Positions 12,479 to 24,419 of a DNA stretch of 64,000 nt are shown in pieces. The notes under the pieces were generated by a model that saw only the letters and a list, made by a program, of their open reading frames with translations, was not told the origin of the DNA and ran no database searches. The position numbers and the translations under genes are program-made. The stretch comes from Mobula hypostoma (lineage: Eukaryota), in assembly GCF_963921235.1 (NCBI RefSeq), contig NC_086110.1:9424001-9488000 (forward strand). Direction: 5' to 3'. How positions within the stretch are numbered: position 1 is the first letter of the stretch; the number at the start of each line of letters is the position of its first letter.

Positions 12479-13286
12479 ACTTATATACCCGGTCCCATAG
12501 AATACATTACAATAACTTTCCCACAATTGATGTCAGACTCACAGGCCTATAATTTCTTAGATTCTGTTCAGAGTCTTTTTTAAACAGTGGAACAGCATTG
12601 GCTATCCTCTAATCCTCTGGTAGCTCTCCTGTCGCTAAGGATGTTTTAGATATCTCTGCTAGGGCCCTGACAATTTCTGGCCTTGCCTCCCATAGGATCC
12701 GAGGCAACACCTTGTCAGCCCTGAGTATTTGTCCACCGTGATTTGCTTCAGGCTAGCAAACACCTCCTCCTCTGTAATCTGTACAGGGTCCATCAAGTTG
12801 ATGCTGCTTTGCCTTACTTCTATAGTCTCTGCACCCATCTCCTGAGTAAAAACAGAAGTAAAAAATCCATTTAAGATCTCCTTCTGCCTTTTGGTTCCAC
12901 ATATTGATTACGATTCTGTCTTCCAGAGGACCAGTTTTGTCCCTTGCAATCCTTTTGCTCTTATCATATCTGTAGAATCCCTTAGGATTCACCTTCACCT
13001 TATCTGCTAGAGCAATTTTGTGCCTTCTTTTGGTCTTCCTGAGTTATTTCTAAAGTGTTCTCTTGCATTTATTGTACTTATTTGTTCCTGCTTGCCTATA
13101 CCTGCTATGCAGCTTCCTTTCTCTCTTAACAAGGGCCTCGATATATTCTGAAAACCAAGGTTCCTACACTTTTTATCTTCATCTTTTAGACTGACATGCA
13201 CATACAAGCTTTGTTCTCTCAAAATTTTAATTTTGAAGACCTCCCACTTTCCAAGCACACCTTTGCCAGAAAACAGCCTGTCCCAA

Positions 13287-14975
13287 TCCGACCTTTGGCT
13301 CACAATGTTGTGCCGATCCTTAAACCCTGCCTCCCATATAAGCCCCAACTTAAATTCCTCCATATGCCTGTCTAGTAGTCTCTTAACTTTCACTAGTGTA
13401 TCTGCCTCCACTATTAACTCAGGCAGTGCATTCCATGCACTAACCACTCTCTGAGTAAAAAACCTTCCTCTAATATCCCCCTTGAACTTCCCACCCCTTA
13501 CCTTAAAGCTGTGTCCTCTTGTATTGAGCAGTGGTGCCCTGCGGAAGAGGCGCTGGCTGTCCACTCTATCTATTCCTCTTAATATCTTGTATACCTCTAT
13601 CATGTCTCCTCTCATCCTCCTTCTCTCCAGAGAGTAAAGCCCTAGCTCCCTTAATCTCTGATCATAATACATACCCTCTAAACCAGGCAGCATCGTGCTA
13701 AATCTCCTCTGTACCCTTTCCAATGCTTCCACATCCTTCCTATAGTGGGCCGACCAGAACTGGACACAATACTCCAAGTGTGGCCTCACTAGAGTTTTAT
13801 AGAGCTGCATCATTACCCCGCAACTCTTAAACTCTATCCCTCGACTTAGGAAAGCTAAGACTCCATAAGCTTTCTTAACTACCCTATCTACCTGTGAAAC
13901 AACTTTCAGGGATCTGTGGACATGTAACCCCAGATCCCTCTGCTCCTCCGCACTACCAAGTATCCTGCCATTTACTTTATACTCTGACTTGGAGTTTGTC
14001 CTTCCAAAGTGTACTACCTCACACTTCTTCAGGTCGAACTCCATCTGCCACTTCTCAGCCCACTTCTGCAGCCTATCAATGTCTCTCTGCAATCTTCGAC
14101 AATACTCTACACTATTCACAACACCACCAAACTTCAAGTCGTCTGCAAACTTGCCAACCCACCCTTCTACCCCCACATCCAGGTCGTTAATAAAAATAAC
14201 GGAAAGTAGAAGTTCCAGAACCGATCCATTGGGACACCACTAGTCACAACCCTCCAATCCGAATGTACTCCCTCCACCATGACCTTCTGCTTTCTGCAGG
14301 AAAGCCAATTCTGAATCCACCTGGCCAAACTTCCCTGACCCCATGCCTTCTGACTTTCTGAATAAGCCTACTGTGTGGAACCTTGTCAAATGCCTGACTA
14401 AAATCCATGTAGATCATATCCACTGCACTACCCTCATCTATATGCCTGGTCACCTCCCTGATCAGACCATGATTCTGTAAATGCCCATAGATCCTATCAC
14501 TAAGAATCTTTCCAACAGCTTTCCCACCACAGACGTAAGGCTCACTGGTCTGTAATTACCCAGACTATCCCTACTACCTTTTCTGAACAAGTGGACAACA
14601 TTCGCCTCCCTCCAATCCTCCATTACCATTCCCATGGACAACGAGGACCTAAGGATCCTAGCCAGAGGCTCAGCAATCTCTTCCCTCGCCTCATGGAGCA
14701 GCCTGGGGAATATTCCGCCAGGATCTGTGACCTGACCCTGTTCTTTACAGAATACTAGATCTAGTATGGCATTCCCCCTAGTCAGCCTGTCAACATACTG
14801 TGACAGGAATCTGTCCTGGACACACTTAACATACTCTACCCCATCTAAGCCATTGGAAGTAATCTGGTGCCAATCAGTATTCGGGAAGTTAAAGTCATCG
14901 ATGATAACAACCCTGTTATTTTTGCACCTTTCCAAAGTCTGCCTCCCAATCTGTTCCTCGGTATCTCTGGTGCTA
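13287..14975 (-). mobile_element. younger CR1 LINE (RT and 3' end; internally deleted between endonuclease and RT)
   Basis: ORF 13007-14176 contains KFADD, LVRPHLEYCVQFW and RRMRGDMIEVYKI. ORF 14462-14935 fuses endonuclease (DFNFP) directly to the RT linker. It is the same subfamily as 59470-62610. Confidence 0.9.
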
Positions 14976-16041
14976 TCTCAATCCACTGACCAGGCATATC
15001 TTTTTGCATATTAACTTTGAAAGTAATGGCATTATGGTCACTGGATGCTATGTGTTTCCCTACACAAACTTCTGTCACCTGCCCTACCTCATTCCCTAAT
15101 AGCAGATCTGATGTCACGTGCTCTCTCATTGGGACTTCTCATACAGATGTAGGAAATATTCCTGAACACATTTGACAAACTCAGTGCTATCTAGTATGGG
15201 ATACAGTATGGGATTCTCAGTCAATATATGGATGGATAAAATCACCTTATCAATCTTATGTTTCTTGCAACATTCTGCAGTCCCTTTACATATTGGTTCC
15301 TCTAATCCCCTAGGACTGTTAGGTAATCTGTAATATACGCCAGTTGACGGAGTCTACCTTTCTCATTTCTCCGTTCCACTTAAAATGCCTGACGAGTCAA
15401 GTTCTCCAGTTTGTCCTGACGGAGTACTGTCATAACATTTTCCCTGACTAGTAACACCATGCCTCCTGCTCTGTCATGTTGAACCAATGGATCCCTGTAA
15501 TATTGAGCTGTCAGTCCTGTCCCTCCTTCAACCAAGTCTCACAAATGGCTACAATATTATAATTCCTGGTGTTGCCCTGAGCTCATCCGCCTTTCTTAAA
15601 TTACTTCTTGCATTGAAAAATAGGACATTAGTCACTTCATGTTCAACATTTTGATTCCTGACATTGTCTGAGATCTTACCAACAGCTGCCTCAACAAATT
15701 CTCCACTAACTGTTCTGGCACGCTGGTTCCCATCCCCCTGCAGCTCTAGTTTAAACCCCACAGTGCAGCATTAACAAACCTTCCAGCTAGGATATTAGTC
15801 CCTTTCCAATTCAGGTGCAAACTGTCCCTTCTGTACGGGTCCCACCTTCCCTGGAAGAGTGCACAATGATCCGAAAAGCCTCCCTTCTACACCAACTCCT
15901 TAGCCACATATTAAGCTATAATCATCCTAATTCAGGCCTTGCAAACACATGGCACAGGTAACAATCCTGAGTACCCCATGCTTTATGTTATAAAACAAGT
16001 GCATCATGTAATAATGTATTATACAGTTCCTCTTTGAAATA

Positions 16042-16196
16042 ACAGGAATTCTGCAAATGCTGGAAATTCAAGCAACACACATAAAAGTTGCTGGTGAACG
16101 CAGCAGGCCAGGCAGCATCTCTAGGAAGAGGTGCAGTCGACGTTTCAGATGCTGCATGGCCTGCTGCATTCACCAGCAACTTTTATGTGTGTTGCT
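16042..16196. mobile_element. 155-bp fold-back Penelope-tail micro-element with 13-bp TSD
   Basis: 50-bp inverted arms at 16071-16120 and 16147-16196. TSD CCTCTTTGAAATA at 16029-16041 and 16197-16209. Confidence 0.9.
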
Positions 16197-17049
16197 CCTC
16201 TTTGAAATATGTCAATTACTTTAATCATTATGTTGTTGCAATACAAGACACCTTACCATTTAACTTTGAATAACCTGACATTTACTAATAGAGCGGAACT
16301 GTAATGCAGTTAATTAATGTAGTTTCTACTATGCTCCAGGGACATTGACATGCCTCACAGCATTGTTTTATGTGAGGAAAGGAAATGATTTGTGCCTCCA
16401 CATCTTTAAACAGTTGGTCAAAGTGATTTATTGTGTTGCAAAACAGAGGAGACCTTATGTAAAATGCTTATAGACACTTAAAAGCGTGCAGAAAAAAAAG
16501 AGAACTGAGGCAATTGAGATTATGGTAGCAAAGCTTTTGGATATGTAACTCATTTCATTTGCTCAGATGAAAAGCAGGAGCATTTATTATCTACCAGCAA
16601 TTGTAAAATTAAAATAAGAACTAAGTAATGTCCAATTAAAATATGAAGCCTGAGCAACAAAAAGTTAAAAACCCATGCTCAAAGCACATAGAAATATGAA
16701 CCACCATCTTACAAGATAATGTAGAATCACAGCTTAACTAAGAAAGTCTGCTGTAATGGAGTCCCAACACGTCAATCCCAAATTGCAAGTATAAAGTACA
16801 TCAGTTGGTCCATGATATTGCCCTTTCTAATTCTCCATTGAAAGTAGGATTTGGAACCCTGAAATTTGCTCCCAAAGGATACTTCAGAAGTTATACTTGG
16901 GTTCCCTCTGCATTTGCTGTTGTATCCCCCTGCAAATTTATTGGAAAAATTTCTATAACTTCGCCAAGTGGTTGCAGTAAGATCACATGGGCGTGTTTCA
17001 GATACATTGTTTCAAAAAGTTTTTGGATTTTTCTTAAAGGTTTCAAAGG

Positions 17050-17410
17050 TACATTTAATGTATACAATATACATCCTGAAATACTTTTTCTTCTCAACCA
17101 TCCACAAAAACAGAGGAGTGGCCCCAAAGAATGAATGGCAGTTAAATGTTAGAACCCTAAAGCCCCCCTACAGCTCCCCCTTCCCATGCTAAGCAGCAAC
17201 AAAGCAACAATCCCCCTTCCCCACTAGCAAAAAAAAGCATCGGCACCCACCACCGAGCAAAGACTCCTCATTCACCCAGTATTCAACATACCACTAGCTT
17301 TGTCTCTCTCTCCCTAATAAGGGAGAAAGGGGTGTGTCCATTTCACAGCGAGAGGAAAGACATAACAAACAACTCGCTAATTTACAATGTTAAAAGTCTA
17401 TTGTGTCGCT
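17050..17410 (-). repeat. unclassified interspersed repeat, probably a non-autonomous LINE derivative
   Basis: Composition differs from the AT-rich flank and it abuts a truncated CR1. The family was not identified. Confidence 0.35.
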
Positions 17411-17414
17411 TTTT

Positions 17415-19780
17415 CCAAGCTCACTTCCACAGCTTCCAGGCACATCTTCCCACCTTTATTTCTAATCGGTCCTACCTTCACTCCTGTCATCCTTTTGTTC
17501 TTTACATTATTGAAGAATACCTTGGGGTTTTCCTTTACCCTACTCGCCAAGGCCTTCTCATGCCCCCTTCTTGCTCTTCTCAGCCCCTTCTTAAGCTCCT
17601 TTCTTGCTTCCCTATATTCCTCAATAGACCCATCTGATCCTTACTTCCTAAACCTCGTGTATGCTGCCTTCTACCACCTGACTAGATTTTCCACCTCACT
17701 TGTCACCCATGGTTCCTTCATCCTACCATTCTTTATCTTCTTCACCAGAACAAAGAGATCTCTAAACATTGACCACATGACCATAGTACATTTCCCTGCA
17801 AGAACGTCATCCCAATTCACACCCACAACTTCTAGCCTTACAGCCTCATAATTTGCCCTTCCCCAATTAAAAATTTTCCTGTCCTCTCTGATTCTATCCT
17901 TTTCCATGATAATGCTAAAGGCCAGGGAGCGGTGGTCACTGTCCCCCAGATGTTCACCCACTGAGAGATCTGTGACCTGACCCGGTTCATTACCTAGTAC
18001 TAGATCTAGTATGGCATTCCCCCTCGTCGGCCTGTCAACATACTGTGACAGGAATCTGTCCGAGACACACTTAACAAACTCTGCCCCATCTAAACCCTTG
18101 GAACTAATCAGGTGCCATCAATATTAGGGAAGTTAAAGTCACTCATGATAACAACCCTGCCATTTTTGCACCTTTCCAAAATCTGCCTCCCAATCTGCTC
18201 CCCTTTATCTCTGCTGCTACCAGGGGGCCTATAGAATACTCCCAATAGAGTAACTGCTCCCTTCCTATTCCTGACTTCCACCCATACTGACTCAAAAGAG
18301 TCTTTCCACCCTTTCTGTAGCTGTAATAGTATCCCTGACCAGTAATGTCACCCCTCCTCCCCCTTTCCCCTCTCTCTATCCCTTTTAAAGCACTGAAATC
18401 CGGGAATATTGAGAATCCATTCCTGCCCTGGTGCCAGCCAAGTCTCTGTAATGGCCACTACATCATAATTCCATGTATGTATCCAAGCTCTCAGTTCATC
18501 ACCTTTGTTCCAGATGCTTCTTGCATTGAAGTACACACACACTTCAGCCCTTCTACCTTACTGTCTTTACACTGTTTACTCTGCTTCTCTTTCCTCAAAG
18601 CCTCTCTATATGTTAGATCTGGCTTTACTCCATGCAGTTCTTTCACTGCTCTATTGCTCCGGGTCCCATCCCCCTTGCAAATTAGTTTAAACACTCCCGA
18701 ACCATGCTAGCAAACCTACCTGGAAGGATATTGCTCCCCATCGGGTTCAGGTGCAACCCATCCAATCTGTACAGCTCCCGCCTTCCCCAGAAGAGAGCCC
18801 AATGATCCAAAAATCTAAAACCCTGCTCCCTGCACCAACTCCTCAGCCATGCATTCAACTGCCATCTCCTCCAATTCTTATCATCACTGTCACGTAGCAC
18901 TGGCAGCAATCCTGAGAACACCACCCTTGAGGTCCTGCTCTTCAGCCTTCTGCCTAGGTCCCGAAACTCACACTTCAGGACCTCATTCCTCTCCTCTTCT
19001 CCATCCCATCCTTCTGCACCACTGGGTCAGACTCAGTGCCAGAGGCCCTGCCACCATGGCCACATCTGGTCGGTCATCCCCTCCAACAGTATCCAGGACG
19101 GTAAACTTATTATGCAGGGTAATGGTTACAGGGATACTCTGCACTACCTGTCTACTCACCTTTGCTTCCCCCCATCTGATTTCACCCAACGACCTGCTTC
19201 CGACAGCCTAGGTGTGACTACCTCCCTGTAGCTCTCATCTATGACTGCCTCATTCTCCCTTATGAGTCGAAGGTCATCCAGCTGCTGCTCCCGATTCCTT
19301 ACACAGTCTTCCGGATCACCCAGCCGTATGCTCTTCTGGCAGATGTGACTCTGCAGGAGAAGGGCAATCCCCCAGGACTGCCACATCTCACATGAGAGGC
19401 ACATCACCGTCTCAGGAGGCATTGTAAAGACTAACTGCGAGCAAGCTTGCCCTCCGCCTCTTCTCGTCGAAGTCTCTCGAGTCAAAGCCTCAAAGCTCCA
19501 CTCCTTCACTGGCATACTCACTCACTGGCCGCTTTCCACAGGCCGCTCCGCTTGAGCTACCCCTCTATTTATCTGTTTGAGCTTTTGAAAATGCTTGGTC
19601 ACCTGACCTCGATTGCCCAATCAGCTGCTTTCTGCTGAGTCTGAGCTATTCAAATCTTGATTGTCTAATCAACGGCTTTCTGCTGATCTATTCAAATCTT
19701 GATTGACTTGATTGCACAGACCAACTACCAAAACTGCCAGAATCTCGTGAGTCAAAGTCTCAAAACTCCACTCCTTCACT
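17415..19780 (-). mobile_element. CR1 LINE 5' half (ORF1 zinc finger and SGNH esterase, ORF2 endonuclease)
   Basis: ORF 19156-19521 (CEMW...QLDDLRLIRENE), 18682-18924 (GFRFLDHW...GLHLN), 18348-18542 (YFNARSI, ITETWL) and 17671-17961 (DSDH). Confidence 0.9.
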
Positions 19781-19809
19781 GGCCCACTCACTCACTGGCC
19801 GCTTTCCGC

Positions 19810-20395
19810 AAGCCAACATTGGTTGGCTGCAACATGGCCTGGTATGGAAATACCAATTCCCTTGATTGGAAAATCTTACAAAAAGTAGTGGACTCAGCCC
19901 AGTACAATACAGGTAAAGCCCTTCCAACCATAAAGCGCATTTATGTGAAATGCTGTCATAGCATCCTTCATCAGGAATACCCACCACGCACTTTATGCTG
20001 TCTTCTCATTGCTGTCATAGGTAGAAGGTATAAGAGCCTCACAACCAGGTTCAAGAACAATTACTGCTCCTCAACCATCAGGCTCTTGAACAAAAGGCAG
20101 TAAGTTCAGTCAGTTTCACTTGGCCCATCATGAGATGTTCGTTCAGTGAATGAACTCACTTTCAAGGATTCTTCTTCTCATTTTTTGTTGTTTCTTGCTA
20201 TTTATTTATATTTGCCTTTGCACTGTTTGTTGTCCTCTGCACTCTAGTTGAGCACTCTAATTGGGCTGTCTTTCATTGATGCTGTTATAGTTGTTATTCT
20301 ATAAATTTGTTAAAGATTCCTATAAAAAATGAAACTCAGGGTTGTATATGGTGACATATGTATTTCTATAATAAAATACTTTGAACTTTGAACTT
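19810..20395 (+). mobile_element. Rex1/Babar-type LINE 3' end
   Basis: ORF 19699-20103 C-terminal part (WYGN...LQKVVDSAQ...GRRYKSL), followed by a TTTGAAC-repeat tail. Confidence 0.75.
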
Positions 20396-21039
20396 CGCTG
20401 TGTCAGTAATTTATCTGCAACCAGACTATCAGATGGTCAAGAAAGCTACCCTAGTTTTGATTTAATTGTAACAAGGAAGCAAATTTTTCTTGACTTCCAA
20501 GTTCAGAATTCAATTGGTCCACTTATGTAACATGTGTCTCTTTCATGTCAATATGCAAAAACTGATTTCATCCATGATTTCAGTTTAGTTCAGCATCTGT
20601 ATCTAGTACGGGAAATGCAAATTGAAAAAGAAATATACTGTTGTACAAACTTTGAAGGGGAATTTTGCTCTTTGACACTTTTGAAGAAATGGACTGCATA
20701 ATGCTATTTCCAAATATCATGTTTCATAATTTGTGTCATTTTAAAATGGAGTAGTTCAATGGTTAAAGTACCAATGGGTGCACCCTTACTACAAAAGTCA
20801 TTGTTTAAGATTGATGTATGCACTGAAATAACTAAACATAAGCTGTTGTGGTTTAACCAAACCAAATAATATTACAACACAGAGGTCAATCGATTCTGGG
20901 TGCATATAGAGTGATCTTCTATAGTTCAAGATTCCCTTTTTCTGTCCAAAACTGGCAGGTTAGTCTTCCGCATACACAGTTGCCACTTGTAAATTTCCAT
21001 GTAATTTGATTTCATCAGATGAGCCACCAATAATTGCAT

Positions 21040-22030
21040 CTGTGATGTTAACTGATCCCACTGGAAGTTCTTTGAATTACCTGTCATTAATAATTTATAA
21101 GCCAATAAAAATGCCTTTCTTAATTTGTGTTGGGCTCATGGCCAAGTGGTTAAGGCATTCAACTAGTGATCTGAAGGTCGCTAGTTCGAGCCACAGCTGT
21201 GGCAGCGTGTTTGTGTCCTTGAGCAAGGCACTTAACTACACATTGCTCTAGTGTCTGTGCGAGGAGTGGCAGCCCACACAGACTTCCAATCTGCGCCTTG
21301 TAAGGCATGAAGATGCCCGACGCAGGCCTCTCATGGTCTGAGTCGATGTTCCCTCCCTCCCTCCTTAATCTTGGCATCAGTTATTCTGGGAAATATCTGT
21401 CTCAAATATTCAAAACCCTTACAGCTTTGAACAGTCTGCTTGTCTTTAACAAACTGAAGTCTCTGACCAGGTGATTTAACTTGGTTTGTGTTATCAGATG
21501 AGGCTCACTCAATATAACGTTTTCAAAATCTACGTCAGTGTCAGTGTCGTTTTTCATTCCTTGCTCTTGCAAGATGGCATCTTTGTCTGTCTCCTCTGGA
21601 CTTCACGTCTCTCTTAGCTTCAGTACTGGAAGATTGGTATCATGTGGCACAGGTCTCAAGGCTGAAAGGAGACTGCAGTCTTCAATAGAATTTTTGTTTT
21701 TAGCAGAGAAACCAGACGCACTGGTCATACAGAAGTGGTAGTATGGCACATGATGCTTCTGCTCTCGCCATATCATTGGAGCAGTGAGCTGCATTGACTT
21801 CCGAGTACCTCTCAGCCAAATTTTAAGATCGACAGTGCATTTTGCACAACAAATATGTGGAGCTCAGGCTTTGTGTTGGTCACCAATTTTACATGCAAAG
21901 TAGATCTCATAGGCTTTCTTAATAACAGGAGTCATACTCCGTCTTTGAGGTTTAAGCATATACTCAGCACAAATATAACAGAAAGTATCGTGGCTGTTGC
22001 AAGATTGGCGAGATATTCTCCTATCGCAAA
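21040..22030 (-). mobile_element. Chapaev3-like (CMC superfamily) DNA transposase remnant, internally deleted and split by a SINE
   Basis: The minus strand reads FCYICAEY...KKAYEIYFACKIGDQHKA*APHICCAKC...PMIWREQKHH...HFC...SALRPVPH, then EPHLITQTKLNHLVRD, then FEYLRQIFPRITDAKIK, then the SINE, then KGIFIG. Confidence 0.75.
21130..21362 (+). mobile_element. tRNA-derived SINE
   Basis: A box TGGCCAAGTGG, B box GTTCGAGCC, the shared core and a (CCCT)n tail. It is flanked by a duplicated CTTAAT inside the Chapaev KIKEG codons. Confidence 0.85.
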
Positions 22031-22249
22031 TAATCATGAAAATACAGTTATTTTATTATAATGAGTACACACATTATATTTTTTGCATCAACCATGCGCA
22101 TCAACATGATTGCAAACCGATATACATGTAAACACAATATATACAATGATGTGTCCGTGATGCTTTAAAAGCATTTCCAAAACCCGTCCTGCCAGGCAGC
22201 ATTCACACTGTCTTAAGCATGCCCAGGCATGACTGGCCAAAATGGGAAA

Positions 22250-23697
22250 CTCATCTTTGGGGGTGCTGGAAGCGGACACTGAAGTACTAGGAACAGGACA
22301 TGACCAGAGAGCTGGGACAAGAACACAGACTTGGGCTAGGACATTGGCTAGGCAAGCAGGACCAGGACAAGGAACTGGGAACTAGGAACCTGGGCTTGGA
22401 CTCCGAGCGGGAGACTGGACAAGGACCCAGAACCTGGGTCTTGACTCGGGCTCGAATACCGGAATGAGGCGAGGACATAACGTGGCTACAGGACTGGACA
22501 TGGCTTGGGTTCTTCGAGGAGAGAACATGACGAGGCTTGGGCTCTTCGAGGCGAGGACATGTCGAGGCTTAGGTTCTTCGAGGCAAAGACATGACGAGGC
22601 TTGGGTTCGGACTCCGAGCCAGAGACTGAACAAGGGCCCAGAACCTGGGTCTTGACTCGGGCTTGGATTCCGGAACTAGGCGAAGACATGACATGGCCTT
22701 GGGAGACAGGACTAGGCGAGGCTATAGGACAGAATGAGAGACTCCTGGGCAAGACAAGGGAACTCTAGTAGAACTCCAGCACAAGTCGAGGGAACTCCAG
22801 CACAGGATGAAGCACATGGACATGAAGCCTTGACTTGGTACTTAGGAATAGCCGAGCCTTGGACTTGGGATGACAGCAACCTCGGAACCTTGGACTTGGG
22901 ACGACAGGAATGCAGAACACAGAGCCTTGGTCTTGGGGAGGACAGGAACGCAGAGCCTTGGTCTAGAGCATGGGAAAGGAATGAGTGCAGGTCGGTGGGA
23001 CTAGGTGACAGTAAGAGTTCAGCACGGACTAGAATGTCAGAGATGGCCTGTTTCTGTGCTGTAATTGTTATATGGTTATATGGTTAACACGGAGCCTTGG
23101 ACTTGAGTGACAGGAACACAGGGACATGCAACACAGAGCCAGGACCCCTCCTTGGGAACAGGACTTAGAGCCGGGGCTCTACACAGAATGCTGAACACAA
23201 TGAGACGGTCTCCAACACCAGGTAGCGGCAAATGGCCAGACCTACCTAGCGAATGCGTGGACACAGAGACAGTTCCAACTCAACGATAGACAATTCCTTA
23301 TCTTGACACAGCAAGGCTCCGGTCTCGCTCCGGTGGTAGAACTTGACAAGGTTGCAGGCAAGGCTCCAGACACAGGTTTCAGGCAAGGCTCCAGACACAG
23401 GTTGCAGGGTAAGGATTCAGACACAGGTTGCAGGCAAGGCTTCAGAAGGAAGGGGAAGGGAAGGGAACAGTCCAGCTTCAGGGTAACGGGAAAGAATGCC
23501 TGGCTAACCCAATGGAGGCAAGGACACAAAGGGACAGATCCAGCTGCAGTGTAACGGCAAAGATGGCCTGACTTACCCCACGGAAGCGAGGACGGGATAT
23601 TGACAAACCAGCCGCCACAATGAAACCCAGGGCCACTTATATTCCCAGCCCCAAGACCGTGAACCAGAACGTTAACTTCACGGACCGGACCATGACA
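22250..23697 (-). mobile_element. LTR-like element with internal minisatellites (copy 1)
   Basis: The minus strand starts TGTCATGG at 23697. It has repeated GAGGCTTGGGTTCTTC units, is homologous to 58613-59466, and has a possible GAAA TSD (22246-22249 and 23698-23701). Confidence 0.55.
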
Positions 23698-24419
23698 GAA
23701 ACTTTTTAGCTTACATTTGGGAACCATTTTAATTGATACGAATTCTGAATTGAAATAACAAATATAGGTGATTTGAATATATTGCTGCATGATAGGAAAT
23801 TTTCATGGCAATTTTCATGACCAGCAGCCCAGAATCAGTAAAATACCCCCAAAAATATTCAGGAAGCAAAATCTTTGTTGTCCAGTGTAATTAGAGTGGT
23901 GCAGTATATTGTGTTAAATATTAATATAAACAATTTAAATAGCGAGACTGTTGTCTGTACTTTTGGTCGTATTCTTTGAGAAGGTTTGAGGGTAATTGAT
24001 ATAATGCAGAGAACTATAATTGGGATTGTAGTTACACAGCAGGTTTCTGTTTAGTGGAAAACAAATATCTTAATGGGTTTTTTTTGGCATATGTACAAAA
24101 CATTGACTTCCATTTACTTATTTGAGGAAAACTGTTGTGTATTGAAGAGTCCAAGGACAGGTGACATAATAGGGGTTTGGGGTAAACACAGAGGTGGGGC
24201 ATGAAGCTACTTGTGATCTGGAATCTGTTGCCCGAAAGTATGATACTTGCAGATTCATATGTGGTTTCTAAAGGTTGATTTAATAAATTGGGGGTTGGCA
24301 GGATGGAGTCAAGGCAAGAAGATTATATAAGACAGGCTGAAAATAGGTATAAATCTCCAATCGATTCACTTACATTTCTTCCTTGCGTTTCCCGCACCTC
24401 TCTGTACACTCAATTCTGA

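Larger units (their letters stand above)
9995..15960 (-). mobile_element. older CR1 LINE spanning 3' end to ORF1 esterase, interrupted by a SINE, a Penelope and a younger CR1
   Basis: Collinear CR1 pieces: ORFs 10070-10315 and 10533-10895 (FADD), RT start at about 12490-12610, linker 12753-12998, endonuclease 14845-15761, and esterase-like region 15790-15960. Confidence 0.75.

Noticed and set aside
13007-14176. 389-aa ORF as a novel fusion protein
   Set aside because: It is CR1 RT reading through its lost stop and 3' UTR into an older CR1 fragment, an artefact of nesting.
16805-17134. Overlapping short ORFs as host exons
   Set aside because: No recognisable motif or consistent splice pair was found, and the 3' part runs into an interspersed repeat.
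21130-21210. tRNA gene (also the head of the SINE at ~11330-11403)
   Set aside because: The A/B boxes run on into a SINE core and tail with a TSD, and no complete cloverleaf is supportable.
21040-22030. Functional link between the RAG-related Chapaev remnant and the non-rearranging VJ-C1 gene
   Set aside because: The remnant is 31 kb away, defective and has no RSS-like ends near the gene. Proximity is most simply chance.
22287-23790. Numerous overlapping ORFs as proteins (likewise 58596-59602)
   Set aside because: They are open frames produced by GC-rich tandem repeats and have no domain motifs.
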